Virus record (IMG/VR): IMGVR_UViG_3300022602_000034
DNA: 32,918 nt
DNA from: an uncultured virus (IMG/VR IMGVR_UViG_3300022602_000034)
Lineage: Duplodnaviria; Heunggongvirae; Uroviricota; Caudoviricetes
Reading direction: 5' to 3' (one strand)
Every line of letters begins with the position of its first letter. The stretch's first letter is position 1. The notes beneath the pieces were generated by a model that worked only from the letters and a program-made list of their open reading frames with translations, searched no databases and was not told the origin of the DNA. Shown here in pieces: positions 8,683 to 17,945 of the stretch. The translations under genes were made by a program, and so were the position numbers.

Positions 8683-9141
8683 ATGAGTTACAGAATCAGA
8701 TGCTATACGCTTTTTGACATTACTAAGACCGGTGTACTTAACAGAAAAGCACCGTCAACCTACACAACTGAAGAAATTAAAATTTGGGAACAAAAGCGCA
8801 ATACGCAATTGAATTATGATACTATTCTACAAGTTATTTCTATACGTAGCCAACCGGAAAACAATACATCCACTAAAGAAATTTTAATTAATTTTAAAGA
8901 ATTTGGACATTTTGGATTTTTATTTGAAGACGAAGAAGATCAAAAATGTTGGTACTTTGATTTTGATATTGCACAGGCCAAAGTTTTCTATGATGGTATA
9001 GACGAATTGGGATCATTGTTTACAGATGCTAACGGTGTTCCTATCATCAAAACCAACACAGCTTGGGATAAACTTCCTCAGTTTTTAGATACTAGTCCTG
9101 AACTAAAAAACATTCATTTTGAGATAATAAACGATGAGTAA
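8683..9141 (+). CDS. Hypothetical protein
   Basis: 152-aa ORF after a late box. Confidence 0.75.
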   Translation: MSYRIRCYTLFDITKTGVLNRKAPSTYTTEEIKIWEQKRNTQLNYDTILQVISIRSQPENNTSTKEILINFKEFGHFGFLFEDEEDQKCWYFDFDIAQAKVFYDGIDELGSLFTDANGVPIIKTNTAWDKLPQFLDTSPELKNIHFEIINDE

Positions 9142-9604
9142 AAAGAAAATTGACATGTTGAAAAACATGTTTGACAACAATGATACCCAGTCTTTGATAG
9201 AATCTATTATCTATGAGACAAAAGATGGATATCAATTATTTGGTGAATATCACATTGAAAAAGTAGGTAACAAGTTTATTGTTTCTAAGAACAAAACTGA
9301 CTTAACTGAGATTTTTAGTAATTTAAAAAATGCGATTGTTTGGACTACTATGTACAAACGTGACAAACTTGTAGATGCAAATCGTGTTAAAGACTTAGAT
9401 ATTTTGCTTGAAGGTGCGGTGGTAAGCTATGAAATTCACAAAAAACTAGCTAAAAAAGCAAAAGACTTAGATACAAAAACACTTCATATAGTAAAACTTC
9501 AAGAAGATCAAATGAAACAGCAAGCTATCATTGAAGAACTAGACCGTTTTGTAATTAATGCTAAAAACTGGCAATACCGTCAGTTCAAAGAAGCCGCAAA
9601 ATAA
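9134..9604 (+). CDS. Hypothetical protein
   Basis: 156-aa ORF overlapping the upstream gene. Confidence 0.75.
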   Translation: MSKKKIDMLKNMFDNNDTQSLIESIIYETKDGYQLFGEYHIEKVGNKFIVSKNKTDLTEIFSNLKNAIVWTTMYKRDKLVDANRVKDLDILLEGAVVSYEIHKKLAKKAKDLDTKTLHIVKLQEDQMKQQAIIEELDRFVINAKNWQYRQFKEAAK

Positions 9605-9612
9605 ATAAAGAT

Positions 9613-9620
9613 GATAAATA
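9613..9620 (+). promoter_or_regulatory. Late promoter GATAAATA
   Basis: Recurring intergenic motif. Confidence 0.6.
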
Positions 9621-9646
9621 CAATATAAGTTACTTCGGGAAAAACT

Positions 9647-10360
9647 ATGAAACTAACAGAATTTAATATGAAACCAACGCAAGCAGCTAAGAAAGCTCTT
9701 AAAGAACATTTCAATGCTAACATGGACGTTGACAATTTGGGTCTATACGATACCAATCGTATGCTACGTAAAGTACGTGGTTTTATTGCAGAAATGAAAT
9801 CTGCGGGTAAAGTACATCAAGGTCAACATAATCCAGCATACTTGAAAGCGGTATTCATGGAACAAGCATTAGCAAGTCACTTTGCTACATTGAAGGCTTT
9901 GCCTGTATATAATCAACGAATTGTTGTAGAAAACGAAGAAGTTGAAAAATCACAAGTTATTTTAGCAGCACAAGAAATGGTTGACAGTCTACAAAAGATG
10001 GTTGAGCAAATTTCTGACATGCTAGTTAAAGAACTTCCAGCAGTTGTTGACGGTGTTAACAGCGAAGTTGGTACAAATGAAGGTGATTCTTTTAATCAAC
10101 AAGCAAGTGAAGCATTAAGCTCATTACAAGGTGCATTGACACAAGCTAAAGCAGGTCTACAAGGTGCACTAGGTGTTATCACTGGTCAAGGTGGTAACAT
10201 GGACATGGGCATGGATGACGGCATGGGTGCAGAACCTGAAATGGGTGATGAAGAATTTGGCGGTGATATGAGTGATGACTCTGAAATGGGTGCAGAACCT
10301 GAAATGCCAGAAGAACCAAGCGAGTTACCTGAGCCAAATGTAGGACGTGCAAAGCGTTAA
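9647..10360 (+). CDS. Probable prohead core/scaffold-like protein
   Basis: Starts MKLTEF; helical, Glu-rich, with an acidic low-complexity tail. Confidence 0.5.
   Translation: MKLTEFNMKPTQAAKKALKEHFNANMDVDNLGLYDTNRMLRKVRGFIAEMKSAGKVHQGQHNPAYLKAVFMEQALASHFATLKALPVYNQRIVVENEEVEKSQVILAAQEMVDSLQKMVEQISDMLVKELPAVVDGVNSEVGTNEGDSFNQQASEALSSLQGALTQAKAGLQGALGVITGQGGNMDMGMDDGMGAEPEMGDEEFGGDMSDDSEMGAEPEMPEEPSELPEPNVGRAKR
10223..10306 (+). repeat. 21-bp direct repeat encoding MGAEPEM
   Basis: ATGGGTGCAGAACCTGAAATG at 10223-10243 and 10286-10306. Confidence 0.9.
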
Positions 10361-10361
10361 T

Positions 10362-10706
10362 ATGAGACTATTTGAGTTCGCTGACGATGATCCATTGCGT
10401 GTTAAGCTGGCTAGCGTTGCTATTCAGCTTAAGTCCAAAATGGCTGAGACAGAGGAACCGATGTCAGTTGATGACTTCTTAAACTTATTAAATGACAATG
10501 GAGTAACGATTGACAAGTCAGACATATATGATTTAATTAAAAAAGAACCATTAGTCAACATCATTACAGCAATTGAAGGTGATAAAGTTATCTTCAAAGG
10601 ACAAGGTGATGATGAAGACTTAGAGGGTATGAATGATGAACAGCCCGGGGAGAATGAAAAGATTCTTCAACAGATGGCTAGTAAGCAAACTGCAAAACTA
10701 AGTTAA
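10362..10706 (+). CDS. Acidic hypothetical protein, probably head-related
   Basis: Starts MRLFEF, 1 nt after the upstream stop. Confidence 0.6.
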   Translation: MRLFEFADDDPLRVKLASVAIQLKSKMAETEEPMSVDDFLNLLNDNGVTIDKSDIYDLIKKEPLVNIITAIEGDKVIFKGQGDDEDLEGMNDEQPGENEKILQQMASKQTAKLS

Positions 10707-10714
10707 CCAATAAG

Positions 10715-10744
10715 ATTGTACTACAGAGAAATTTGTAGTACAAT
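10715..10744. promoter_or_regulatory. Palindromic sigma70-like promoter / inverted repeat
   Basis: ATTGTACTACA-8nt-TGTAGTACAAT; reads TTGTAC-17nt-TACAAT on both strands. Confidence 0.65.
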
Positions 10745-10750
10745 TTCCAT

Positions 10751-11437
10751 ATGTACATACCAAATAAATTTATTTACGAACCTATTAGTAGAGTTGATAC
10801 ACCAGAGGGACGTAGATATGCTACACCCGACGGTAACAAACTTCCATCAGTCACTACTATTCTTTCAGCAACTACTCCTGAAGAAAAGAAATTAATTTTA
10901 CAAAACTGGCGTAATCGTGTAGGCCATGCTAAAGCACAAGAGATTACAACAGAAGCCGCAGGTCGCGGTACAAGAATGCACAAGTTCTTGGAAGATTACA
11001 TCAAGACAGGGGTGTTAAATGCATCAGGATCGAATCCCTATAGTATCCAAAGTCACAAAATGGCTGATTCAATTATCAGGCAAGGCTTATCGCAATGCAC
11101 TGAATTTTGGGGTACAGAAGTCCCATTATATTTCCCTGCAGTATACGCTGGAACAACTGACTTGGTTGGTGTCCATGATGGTAGTGAATCTATTATGGAT
11201 CATAAGCAGACTAATAAGCCTAAAAAGCGTGAGTGGATTGACGACTACTTTATACAACTTACGGCTTATGCAACAGCACATAACGAACTTCACGGTACAA
11301 AAATCCGCAAAGGCGTCATTTTTATGTGCGATCCAAACGCTATGTACCAAGAGTTTATCATAGAAGGAAATGAGTTTGACAAGTATCAGCAAGAGTGGTA
11401 CAAAAGACTAGAACAATACTATAGTCAGTTCGTATAA
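10751..11437 (+). CDS. PD-(D/E)XK exonuclease (MGME1/RecB/Cas4-like superfamily)
   Basis: LPSVTTIL, RGTRMH, EVPL, YAGTTDL, IMDHKQ, QLTAYA. Confidence 0.88.
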   Translation: MYIPNKFIYEPISRVDTPEGRRYATPDGNKLPSVTTILSATTPEEKKLILQNWRNRVGHAKAQEITTEAAGRGTRMHKFLEDYIKTGVLNASGSNPYSIQSHKMADSIIRQGLSQCTEFWGTEVPLYFPAVYAGTTDLVGVHDGSESIMDHKQTNKPKKREWIDDYFIQLTAYATAHNELHGTKIRKGVIFMCDPNAMYQEFIIEGNEFDKYQQEWYKRLEQYYSQFV

Positions 11438-11442
11438 GGGGT

Positions 11443-11450
11443 GATAAATA
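11443..11450 (+). promoter_or_regulatory. Late promoter GATAAATA
   Basis: Recurring intergenic motif. Confidence 0.6.
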
Positions 11451-11472
11451 ATATATCGGACGGATATATTAT

Positions 11473-13284
11473 ATGCCAATTGTACAAATTTCAAAAATGC
11501 AACACAGAGTCGGAGCGCTTTCCGACTTACCTCAACTTGATATAGGAGAGTTAGGTTTTGCCACAGATCAGAATCGTTTATTCATTGGTGAGGATTTCGC
11601 TAACGTAGTAGGTAAGTCTAACGCTATTACTGCAAATGCTGGTAATGGTTCTGATATCTACAACACTGAGATTTTCACCAACAGCCCTAATTGTTTAATT
11701 AGTTTTACACAACTTACGGGTACACTTACACTTGCTACTGGAAATCTTAAAATTACAGGGGGTAGTCAAGTTGCCGGTCAAGTATTACAAACTGATGGGG
11801 CAGGAAATCTAAATTGGGTCACTGTTTCCGGAGTGGGAGCAGGACAGCCAGGTGGTTCAAATACATTCATTCAATATAACAACTCCGGTGGGTTTTTAGG
11901 TACTGCAAACTTTACTTACAATGACACTAGCAATACACTAACTGTTGATAACATCATTGGACACGGTAGTATTGGTACTACTGGTAATGTTTCTGCTAGT
12001 AAGTTTTTAGGTAATGGTGCATTATTAACAAATATTACTGGTGCTAATGTAACTGGTACGGTTGCTAATGCAAATATTGCCAACACTGTTGTTGCAAGTT
12101 CCCAGCCTAATATTACTAGTATTGGTACATTATCTAACTTATATGTCACCGGTAATGTCACAAGCGGTGCTAATCTTACAGTAGCAAACGCACTAAGTGC
12201 AAACAATATTAGCTCATACGGTACAGGTGGTAATGGCTTTGTTGTTGGCAACGGAGCACAAAATCAATCAGCACTTGCATTTGTACCAACTGCCGGTGTT
12301 AGTGCAAACATGGCGATTCGTGATTTCTCTACTGTGCCTAGTAATATGTATTTTGACGTATCAGTTGGTGCTAATGCGAACGGTCAGTTTATATTCAGAA
12401 CAGGTAATGGATTTCATACATACGCAACACTTTCAAATTCAGGAACAACATTAAGTAATGGATTGATCGTTACAGGTAATATCTCATCTTCAAGTAACAT
12501 TACCGGTAACTTGATTATTGGTAATGGTTCTAGCTTAACAAGTATTACTGGTGCTAACGTTACTGGATGGGTTGGTAATGCAAATATTGCAAATACTGTT
12601 GTTGCAAGTTCTCAGCCTAACATTACTAGCGTAGGAACTTTAGTTTCATTAAATGTCACTGGTAATGTGCAAGCAAATAAATTCTTAGGTGACGGTGGAT
12701 TCTTAGGTAACATCAACGCCGGTAATGTCATTGGAAATATTCAACGTGCCAACATAGCTAACTTAGCATCTTCTGCTACAACAGTAATCGCACCTAATCA
12801 ACCTAATATTACTAGCGTAGGTCCTCTTGCTAATCTAAGTGTATTAGGTAACATAGCAAGTAACGGATTCTTTGTTGGTAACGGTAGTTTACTAACTGGT
12901 ACATTACCTAGTAGATCCAACATTAGTGTCGTTACTGCCAATATTGCTAATGGTGCATCGGCAAGTGTCACTGCACAAGGGTATAAAGGATATGCATTAT
13001 ATAGTTTACAAACTACTGCACCTGCATGGGTCACAATCTATACGTCAATTGCAGCACAGACCGCAGATGCAAATAGACCAATCACTAGTGATCCATTGCC
13101 CGGATCAGGTGTTATAACTGAGGTGATTACTGCTAATACTAATCCTATTATCTTTGCGCCGGCGTTGATGGGTTTCAGTTCAGAGAATGTGCCTGATGGT
13201 AATATCCAGATGAAGATTAACAATCAAAGTGGTGCACATCAACCTATCACGGTCACAATAACAGTACTACCACTAGAAGATTAA
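11473..13284 (+). CDS. Tail-fibre-like virion protein
   Basis: N-terminal LPQLDIGELGFATDQNRLFIG (Mtd-N/hyaluronidase-N-like); GQVLQTDGAGNLNW; G/N/T-rich repeats containing QPNITSVG. Confidence 0.75.
   Translation: MPIVQISKMQHRVGALSDLPQLDIGELGFATDQNRLFIGEDFANVVGKSNAITANAGNGSDIYNTEIFTNSPNCLISFTQLTGTLTLATGNLKITGGSQVAGQVLQTDGAGNLNWVTVSGVGAGQPGGSNTFIQYNNSGGFLGTANFTYNDTSNTLTVDNIIGHGSIGTTGNVSASKFLGNGALLTNITGANVTGTVANANIANTVVASSQPNITSIGTLSNLYVTGNVTSGANLTVANALSANNISSYGTGGNGFVVGNGAQNQSALAFVPTAGVSANMAIRDFSTVPSNMYFDVSVGANANGQFIFRTGNGFHTYATLSNSGTTLSNGLIVTGNISSSSNITGNLIIGNGSSLTSITGANVTGWVGNANIANTVVASSQPNITSVGTLVSLNVTGNVQANKFLGDGGFLGNINAGNVIGNIQRANIANLASSATTVIAPNQPNITSVGPLANLSVLGNIASNGFFVGNGSLLTGTLPSRSNISVVTANIANGASASVTAQGYKGYALYSLQTTAPAWVTIYTSIAAQTADANRPITSDPLPGSGVITEVITANTNPIIFAPALMGFSSENVPDGNIQMKINNQSGAHQPITVTITVLPLED
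12034..12629 (+). repeat. Internal ~86-bp imperfect repeat in the fibre gene
   Basis: ITGANVTG.V.NANIANTVVASSQPNITS encoded at 12034-12119 and 12544-12629; a third degenerate copy lies near 12750-12820. Confidence 0.85.
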
Positions 13285-13285
13285 T

Positions 13286-14605
13286 ATGTCATTTAGACCA
13301 TTACTTAGTTCATATAAATTTATACCTGAAGCTCTTACTAGCATACCTCTAGCGATACAAAGTGGTGTGTATATTACTCCGGTTGAAGTGACAAAAGCAT
13401 ATAATATACCATCAAGCACTGGGTTTGGAGTTACTATTGGTGTTATTAGTTTAGGCGGCGGATTTTTGCAAAGTGATTTAGATAAATCAATGAGTGATTT
13501 AGGATTGCAATCTCCTTCAATAAATTTTATTTCTATTAGCAGTGCAACTAATAACTTTAACGCTGACTCTAGTAATTTACAAAATCCCGTATCATTCAGT
13601 ATTGAGAATACTCTTGATATTTTCTGCATCGCAAGTATGGTGCCGGATGCTACAATTAACATTTATATCGCTTCTCCTAATTTTTCGGTCAGAGATCAGA
13701 TTGTTTCAGATTTTAATGCCGCTGTACAACAAGCAACCAATGACGGATGTGATATCATTGCCATCAGTTGGGGTACTGATGAATTGGGTGACAATGCACA
13801 ACCCGGCGGTGATGTATTTGACACTGTATTCGCAACTGCCGAAGCATCGGGTATTACTATATTTGTTGCTAGCGGTGATTACGGGTCGTTCAATCCTGTG
13901 GTCGACAATTCTGTGAATAAAAATCTAGCGATTGCCCCTTTATATCCTGCAAGTAGTTCAAGAGTAGTTGCAGTCGGCGGAACTTATCTAACTGTTAATA
14001 GTGATGGTAGTAGAAACACTGAGTATGCTGCTCAAAATTCAGGTGGTGGTATAAGCAGAATAATTCCCGTACCACAATGGCAGAACAATCTAATATATAA
14101 TACCTACCCAGTCACTACTCCAACAACATTAATTCAGTATCAAGTAAATCAAACTACTAGAATTGGCAGAGGAGTTCCTGATCTATCTGCACCATTTTTT
14201 AACTATGTTTTTTATTTTAATGGTTCTTTGATTACTGCTTCAGGTACAAGTGCTAGTTGTCCAGTGATTGCTGGTATGTTTGCTAGATTTATTGCAATGA
14301 ATCATAAACAAAGACCATCATACGGTGCTAGCACCTTTATGTCTAAATTGTATGCTAACATGTCAACTGCATTTTATAATAAAACATTAGATAAAGCAGT
14401 TACCTTGTCTGGACAACCAACTAACAACAACGCTGCAAAGAGTCCTTATGGTGGTTATTTAGCAACAGCAAACAGTTGGAACCCAGTTACTGGATTAGGT
14501 GTGCCAAATGGTAGAATTGTGTATAGGCTTACCGGAATATCAGGGCAAACATTTCCCTACAAAAAATCATCACGCCCAACCTCAGGTATTGCATACCCAA
14601 GATAA
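13286..14605 (+). CDS. S53 (sedolisin/kumamolisin-like) serine-carboxyl peptidase, catalytic domain only
   Basis: ENTLD (Glu/Asp), ISWG, ASGDYG (oxyanion Asp), YPASS, AVGGT, GRGVPD, GTSASCP (Ser nucleophile), WNPVTGLG. Confidence 0.92.
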   Translation: MSFRPLLSSYKFIPEALTSIPLAIQSGVYITPVEVTKAYNIPSSTGFGVTIGVISLGGGFLQSDLDKSMSDLGLQSPSINFISISSATNNFNADSSNLQNPVSFSIENTLDIFCIASMVPDATINIYIASPNFSVRDQIVSDFNAAVQQATNDGCDIIAISWGTDELGDNAQPGGDVFDTVFATAEASGITIFVASGDYGSFNPVVDNSVNKNLAIAPLYPASSSRVVAVGGTYLTVNSDGSRNTEYAAQNSGGGISRIIPVPQWQNNLIYNTYPVTTPTTLIQYQVNQTTRIGRGVPDLSAPFFNYVFYFNGSLITASGTSASCPVIAGMFARFIAMNHKQRPSYGASTFMSKLYANMSTAFYNKTLDKAVTLSGQPTNNNAAKSPYGGYLATANSWNPVTGLGVPNGRIVYRLTGISGQTFPYKKSSRPTSGIAYPR

Positions 14606-14674
14606 ATATATTGTACGATTCACATAGGGTGAATTTTATGCGGAAGTTCAACCGCGTAGTGGGTTAGAACCCAC
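14601..14674 (+). promoter_or_regulatory. Late promoter GATAAATA plus three-hairpin 5' leader
   Basis: Box at 14601-14608; hairpins at 14618-14634, 14637-14658 and 14659-14674; AAGGAG SD at 14681. Confidence 0.7.
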
Positions 14675-14694
14675 ATTTTCAAGGAGAAAACAAA

Positions 14695-15882
14695 ATGGGA
14701 CGTCCTTTAGCAAAAAGATATTTTGGTAACGTTAATACTAACGATACAGGGTACAATCAAGATACGTATCAACGCAATGGTGGCGCTGGTATCGGTGGTC
14801 AAGGTGTGGCAAGTGTAACAATCGGTACTGCCGGCACTTACACATCAGGTTTACCTACAGCAACATTTTCAACACCAGACTTACCAGGTGGCGTACAAGC
14901 TACTGGTGTAGTTCACGGTAACGTGGTGTCAGCAGCTACTACAAGTAACGGTTCAGGATACAACTTTGGTGATGTATTGACTGTAGTAGGTGGAACTTCT
15001 ACTACAGCAGCTACATTTACAGTTGCTTCAACATTGGTAGTATCAGCAGTTAAAAGTGCTGGCGGTACAGGTTATGCTGACGGTGACTTGTTAACATTCA
15101 GTACAGGTTTCTCACCATCATTAATCTTGCGTGTCAATCGTCCAGGTGGCGGTACAGGTTCACCGGACAATTTTACAATTACTCAAGCTGGTCGCCGTAC
15201 TAGTGCTAACCCAACTAACCCTGTGACTTATGATAGTCATACAGGTTCAGGATCAGGATGTACAGTTACTTTAGGTTTTGGCGTTTATAGTTTCAGTACA
15301 GTGGTAGTTCAAGGTGATTATACTGCAATGCCAAGTAACCCAGCTAGCTTCACAGGTGGTAGTGGTACAGGCGCAGCAGCAACAGTCACATTTGGTGTAA
15401 GTGGAATCGTAGTTACTGATCCAGGTTCTGGTTATACATCAGCAAGTGATGCAGGTATCACATTCAGTGGTGGTTCAGCCGCAGCTACATCAGTAATGAC
15501 TACTGATGACGGTAAACCTTATGATCCAGAAGCATTCCCGGCAATTATTGCTTATGGTCAAACAACTTCAGGTGGCTCTAACAAAATTGGTGATATCGTT
15601 CGTCAACGTGGTTCACATCGTTATTACTTCACAACAGCAGATGGTACAGCAGTTTGCGCTTTGAAAACATCTGGTGCAGCAAGTGCGGCAGGTGAGATGA
15701 CTATCAATGCTACTGATACTAATGGTGGCACATATTATATCTCTAAATTAACAGCACATAAAGCAGTTGTAGTTCCTAATACAGGTTCATTATTTGCTGC
15801 TAATACAGCAGTTCACTGGACTTTCAGTTCAAGTGATTCTACATATGATCCAACAACATCAGTTGTTATTGACAACGCTTAA
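14695..15882 (+). CDS. Thr/Gly/Ser-rich virion structural protein
   Basis: Repeated GSGY/GTGY...GD.LT motifs; strong SD; own late promoter and terminator. Confidence 0.7.
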   Translation: MGRPLAKRYFGNVNTNDTGYNQDTYQRNGGAGIGGQGVASVTIGTAGTYTSGLPTATFSTPDLPGGVQATGVVHGNVVSAATTSNGSGYNFGDVLTVVGGTSTTAATFTVASTLVVSAVKSAGGTGYADGDLLTFSTGFSPSLILRVNRPGGGTGSPDNFTITQAGRRTSANPTNPVTYDSHTGSGSGCTVTLGFGVYSFSTVVVQGDYTAMPSNPASFTGGSGTGAAATVTFGVSGIVVTDPGSGYTSASDAGITFSGGSAAATSVMTTDDGKPYDPEAFPAIIAYGQTTSGGSNKIGDIVRQRGSHRYYFTTADGTAVCALKTSGAASAAGEMTINATDTNGGTYYISKLTAHKAVVVPNTGSLFAANTAVHWTFSSSDSTYDPTTSVVIDNA

Positions 15883-15898
15883 TATTTTTAAGCACAAT

Positions 15899-15926
15899 AA
15901 AAAAGCCGCTTTATGCGGCTTTTTTT
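15899..15926. terminator. Bidirectional intrinsic terminator
   Basis: AAAAAAGCCGC-tttat-GCGGCTTTTTTT between convergent genes. Confidence 0.88.
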
Positions 15927-16330
15927 ATTAGTTTCTGTAATTTATCTTGTACAACATCAAAGTTGATTGTGTTAAACAATCCCGGATGTAATGGTTTTGG
16001 ATAATGTTCAAACTCTACCCAAGCATAACCACAATGTTCTTCATTGAGTTTGGGGATAAACTCAGTTTCAACCTGACAAAAGAATGTGTGGTAGGTGAAG
16101 TTGTTGTTTACAAACTTCTGTATTGGAATAAGTTTTGGTTCTTTTGGAAAATAGCCAAGTTCTTCTAAACATTCACGTTCAACACCTTCATACAGTGTTT
16201 CATCTTTTTCAACTTTGCCACCAGGAATGCCCCAGTTGCCTGGGTTTCTTTCGTCATTCCTAAGTAAGTATAAAAATCTATGTGAATCTATAGCGTAGAA
16301 GAAAATGCCTGCGCTAGTATTTGTTATCAT
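15911..16330 (-). CDS. Nudix hydrolase
   Basis: Nudix box GGKVEKDETLYEGVERECLEELG; likely start at 16330, 5 nt after a GATAAATC box. Confidence 0.92.
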   Translation of the reverse strand: MITNTSAGIFFYAIDSHRFLYLLRNDERNPGNWGIPGGKVEKDETLYEGVERECLEELGYFPKEPKLIPIQKFVNNNFTYHTFFCQVETEFIPKLNEEHCGYAWVEFEHYPKPLHPGLFNTINFDVVQDKLQKLIKKAA

Positions 16331-16349
16331 ACTATGATTTATCTCATAG

Positions 16350-17726
16350 TTAAATGACGATAGAATAATCACCTTGATCGTACCAACCTTCGTAACTCTT
16401 CATCCATACACCAGCAGCCCAACGATATTGAACACCAGTGTATGTGTTAGTTACAAATTGTGTATCTGGGTATAGTTGACTGTCAAAGGCTACTTCCCAT
16501 TTACCGGTATTAGAAACATATTGAATAATATCATTAGCATTAGCAGTGACAGTTCCCCAAGCAACACTAGTACCATCTAATCCTTCAACGATTAGATAAC
16601 GTTGTCCGTTACTAGCTTCCGGTAACCCATGCTCAATACCAGAACTTTCATTGGGTCCCGTAGTGTGAGGATTGATAACTCTATCTACCGGCTGTAATGT
16701 ATCTTGCGGTAGTGTGTCATTGTCAAAATTCAACAGCAATACTCTATCATCGGATGGGTTTAATGCAAATGTTGCAACAATTGGATTACTCAAATATTGA
16801 TTGTCTAACCAAATTTGACTGCTTGGTTTTATTGTACCATACACATTTAATAAACTAGTCCAGTATAATTGTGTATTTGGATTTTCTGGTAAGTCAATTG
16901 CTTCATTGTTTGGATATGAAGGTTGGCTACCTGGTACTAACTGTAAACTATTTCCAATCAATAATACTTTGTATCCATATGGTGTGACTTTTTCTCGTGT
17001 ACCCAATAACAACGAATCGTCTTTCATGTCAGTTAATGCATTGCCTTGAAAGATACTATTGATAATCTTATGAATAACACCAAGTTTCTTAATTTTAGCA
17101 CTAGAACTTATCCAGACAGGCATGTAGAATTTCCAAGACATTACATCAATAGGATTACCTGACCCAACCGGAATACTACGACTACTAAATGTTAGTCCAT
17201 CTTGATATACAACACTTAAACTAGTCCAATCAACAAAATTATCAGTAGATTGTAATTCCATTGCAGGGTTGAATAATACACCCAGTTGTTCAATTAACTC
17301 TAATTTTTGATTATAGTTAGTTGTCCAAAAATCTACAGTAATACGTAGTGTATACGGTACTGGCATCAGTCTTTCAACAGTGAATGCCTGTCCTTGGGTG
17401 TTTTCAAACTGTTGAGTATCGGCGTTGTATGTACGACGGCGAACATTTAGTTTATCAACAAAGAAAGGATCCTGTGTGCGCTTTTGATCGTATTCTAATC
17501 CACTTATATAATATGTAATCATTGGTGCGCTAGGCATGCTACTTGCACTATTATTAGCAATAATAGTACTTGCTTGACGACTTGAATCTCCATATTGAAT
17601 TGGCACACGAACAAGTATAGGATTACCTGCAGGGTCATTACCTTTAGTTACTTGCCAATCTGAAAACACCCTCGCGAATTGAATTAAAAAACGACGGATT
17701 TGATTATCGTAGAAGAATGAAGCCAT
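16350..17726 (-). CDS. gp15: Tail terminator / sheath stabiliser (T4 gp15-like) with C-terminal extension
   Basis: FFYDNQIRRFLIQFARVFS...RVPIQYG...PVPYTL...ELIEQL..LFNP; CTAAATA box at 17742-17748 on the minus strand. Confidence 0.75.
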   Translation of the reverse strand: MASFFYDNQIRRFLIQFARVFSDWQVTKGNDPAGNPILVRVPIQYGDSSRQASTIIANNSASSMPSAPMITYYISGLEYDQKRTQDPFFVDKLNVRRRTYNADTQQFENTQGQAFTVERLMPVPYTLRITVDFWTTNYNQKLELIEQLGVLFNPAMELQSTDNFVDWTSLSVVYQDGLTFSSRSIPVGSGNPIDVMSWKFYMPVWISSSAKIKKLGVIHKIINSIFQGNALTDMKDDSLLLGTREKVTPYGYKVLLIGNSLQLVPGSQPSYPNNEAIDLPENPNTQLYWTSLLNVYGTIKPSSQIWLDNQYLSNPIVATFALNPSDDRVLLLNFDNDTLPQDTLQPVDRVINPHTTGPNESSGIEHGLPEASNGQRYLIVEGLDGTSVAWGTVTANANDIIQYVSNTGKWEVAFDSQLYPDTQFVTNTYTGVQYRWAAGVWMKSYEGWYDQGDYSIVI

Positions 17727-17744
17727 ATAGTACCTTTTAACTAT

Positions 17745-17945
17745 TTAGTGTTTATGAAATCTCTTAAATGCAGGAAGAGTAGTTTCCTTATCACACACGG
17801 TACAGTACATTTTTATTTTGTTAGGATCTATTCTATCTGCATTATTAAAAGGGTGTTCTTTGTTAGCTAACATTTTTTGTTGTGCTTCTTTAGCTTTTTG
17901 TTTATTTTCTTCTTGTTGAAAAGCATGGGTACCTTTAGATAACTC
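17745..17945 (-). pseudogene. C-terminal remnant of a homing-endonuclease-like gene
   Basis: 66 open codons: ELSKGTHAFQ...KEHPF...YCTVCDKE...KRFHKH*; no nuclease domain and no start at the 5' end (internal Met codons only). Confidence 0.6.

Noticed and set aside
10751..11437. Cas4 / CRISPR system
   Set aside because: It lacks the Cas4 four-cysteine cluster, and no repeat-spacer array or other cas gene is in the window.
12034..12629. Diversity-generating retroelement template/variable repeat pair
   Set aside because: Both copies are in frame inside one gene, differences are mostly at third positions and not adenine-specific, and no reverse transcriptase is present.
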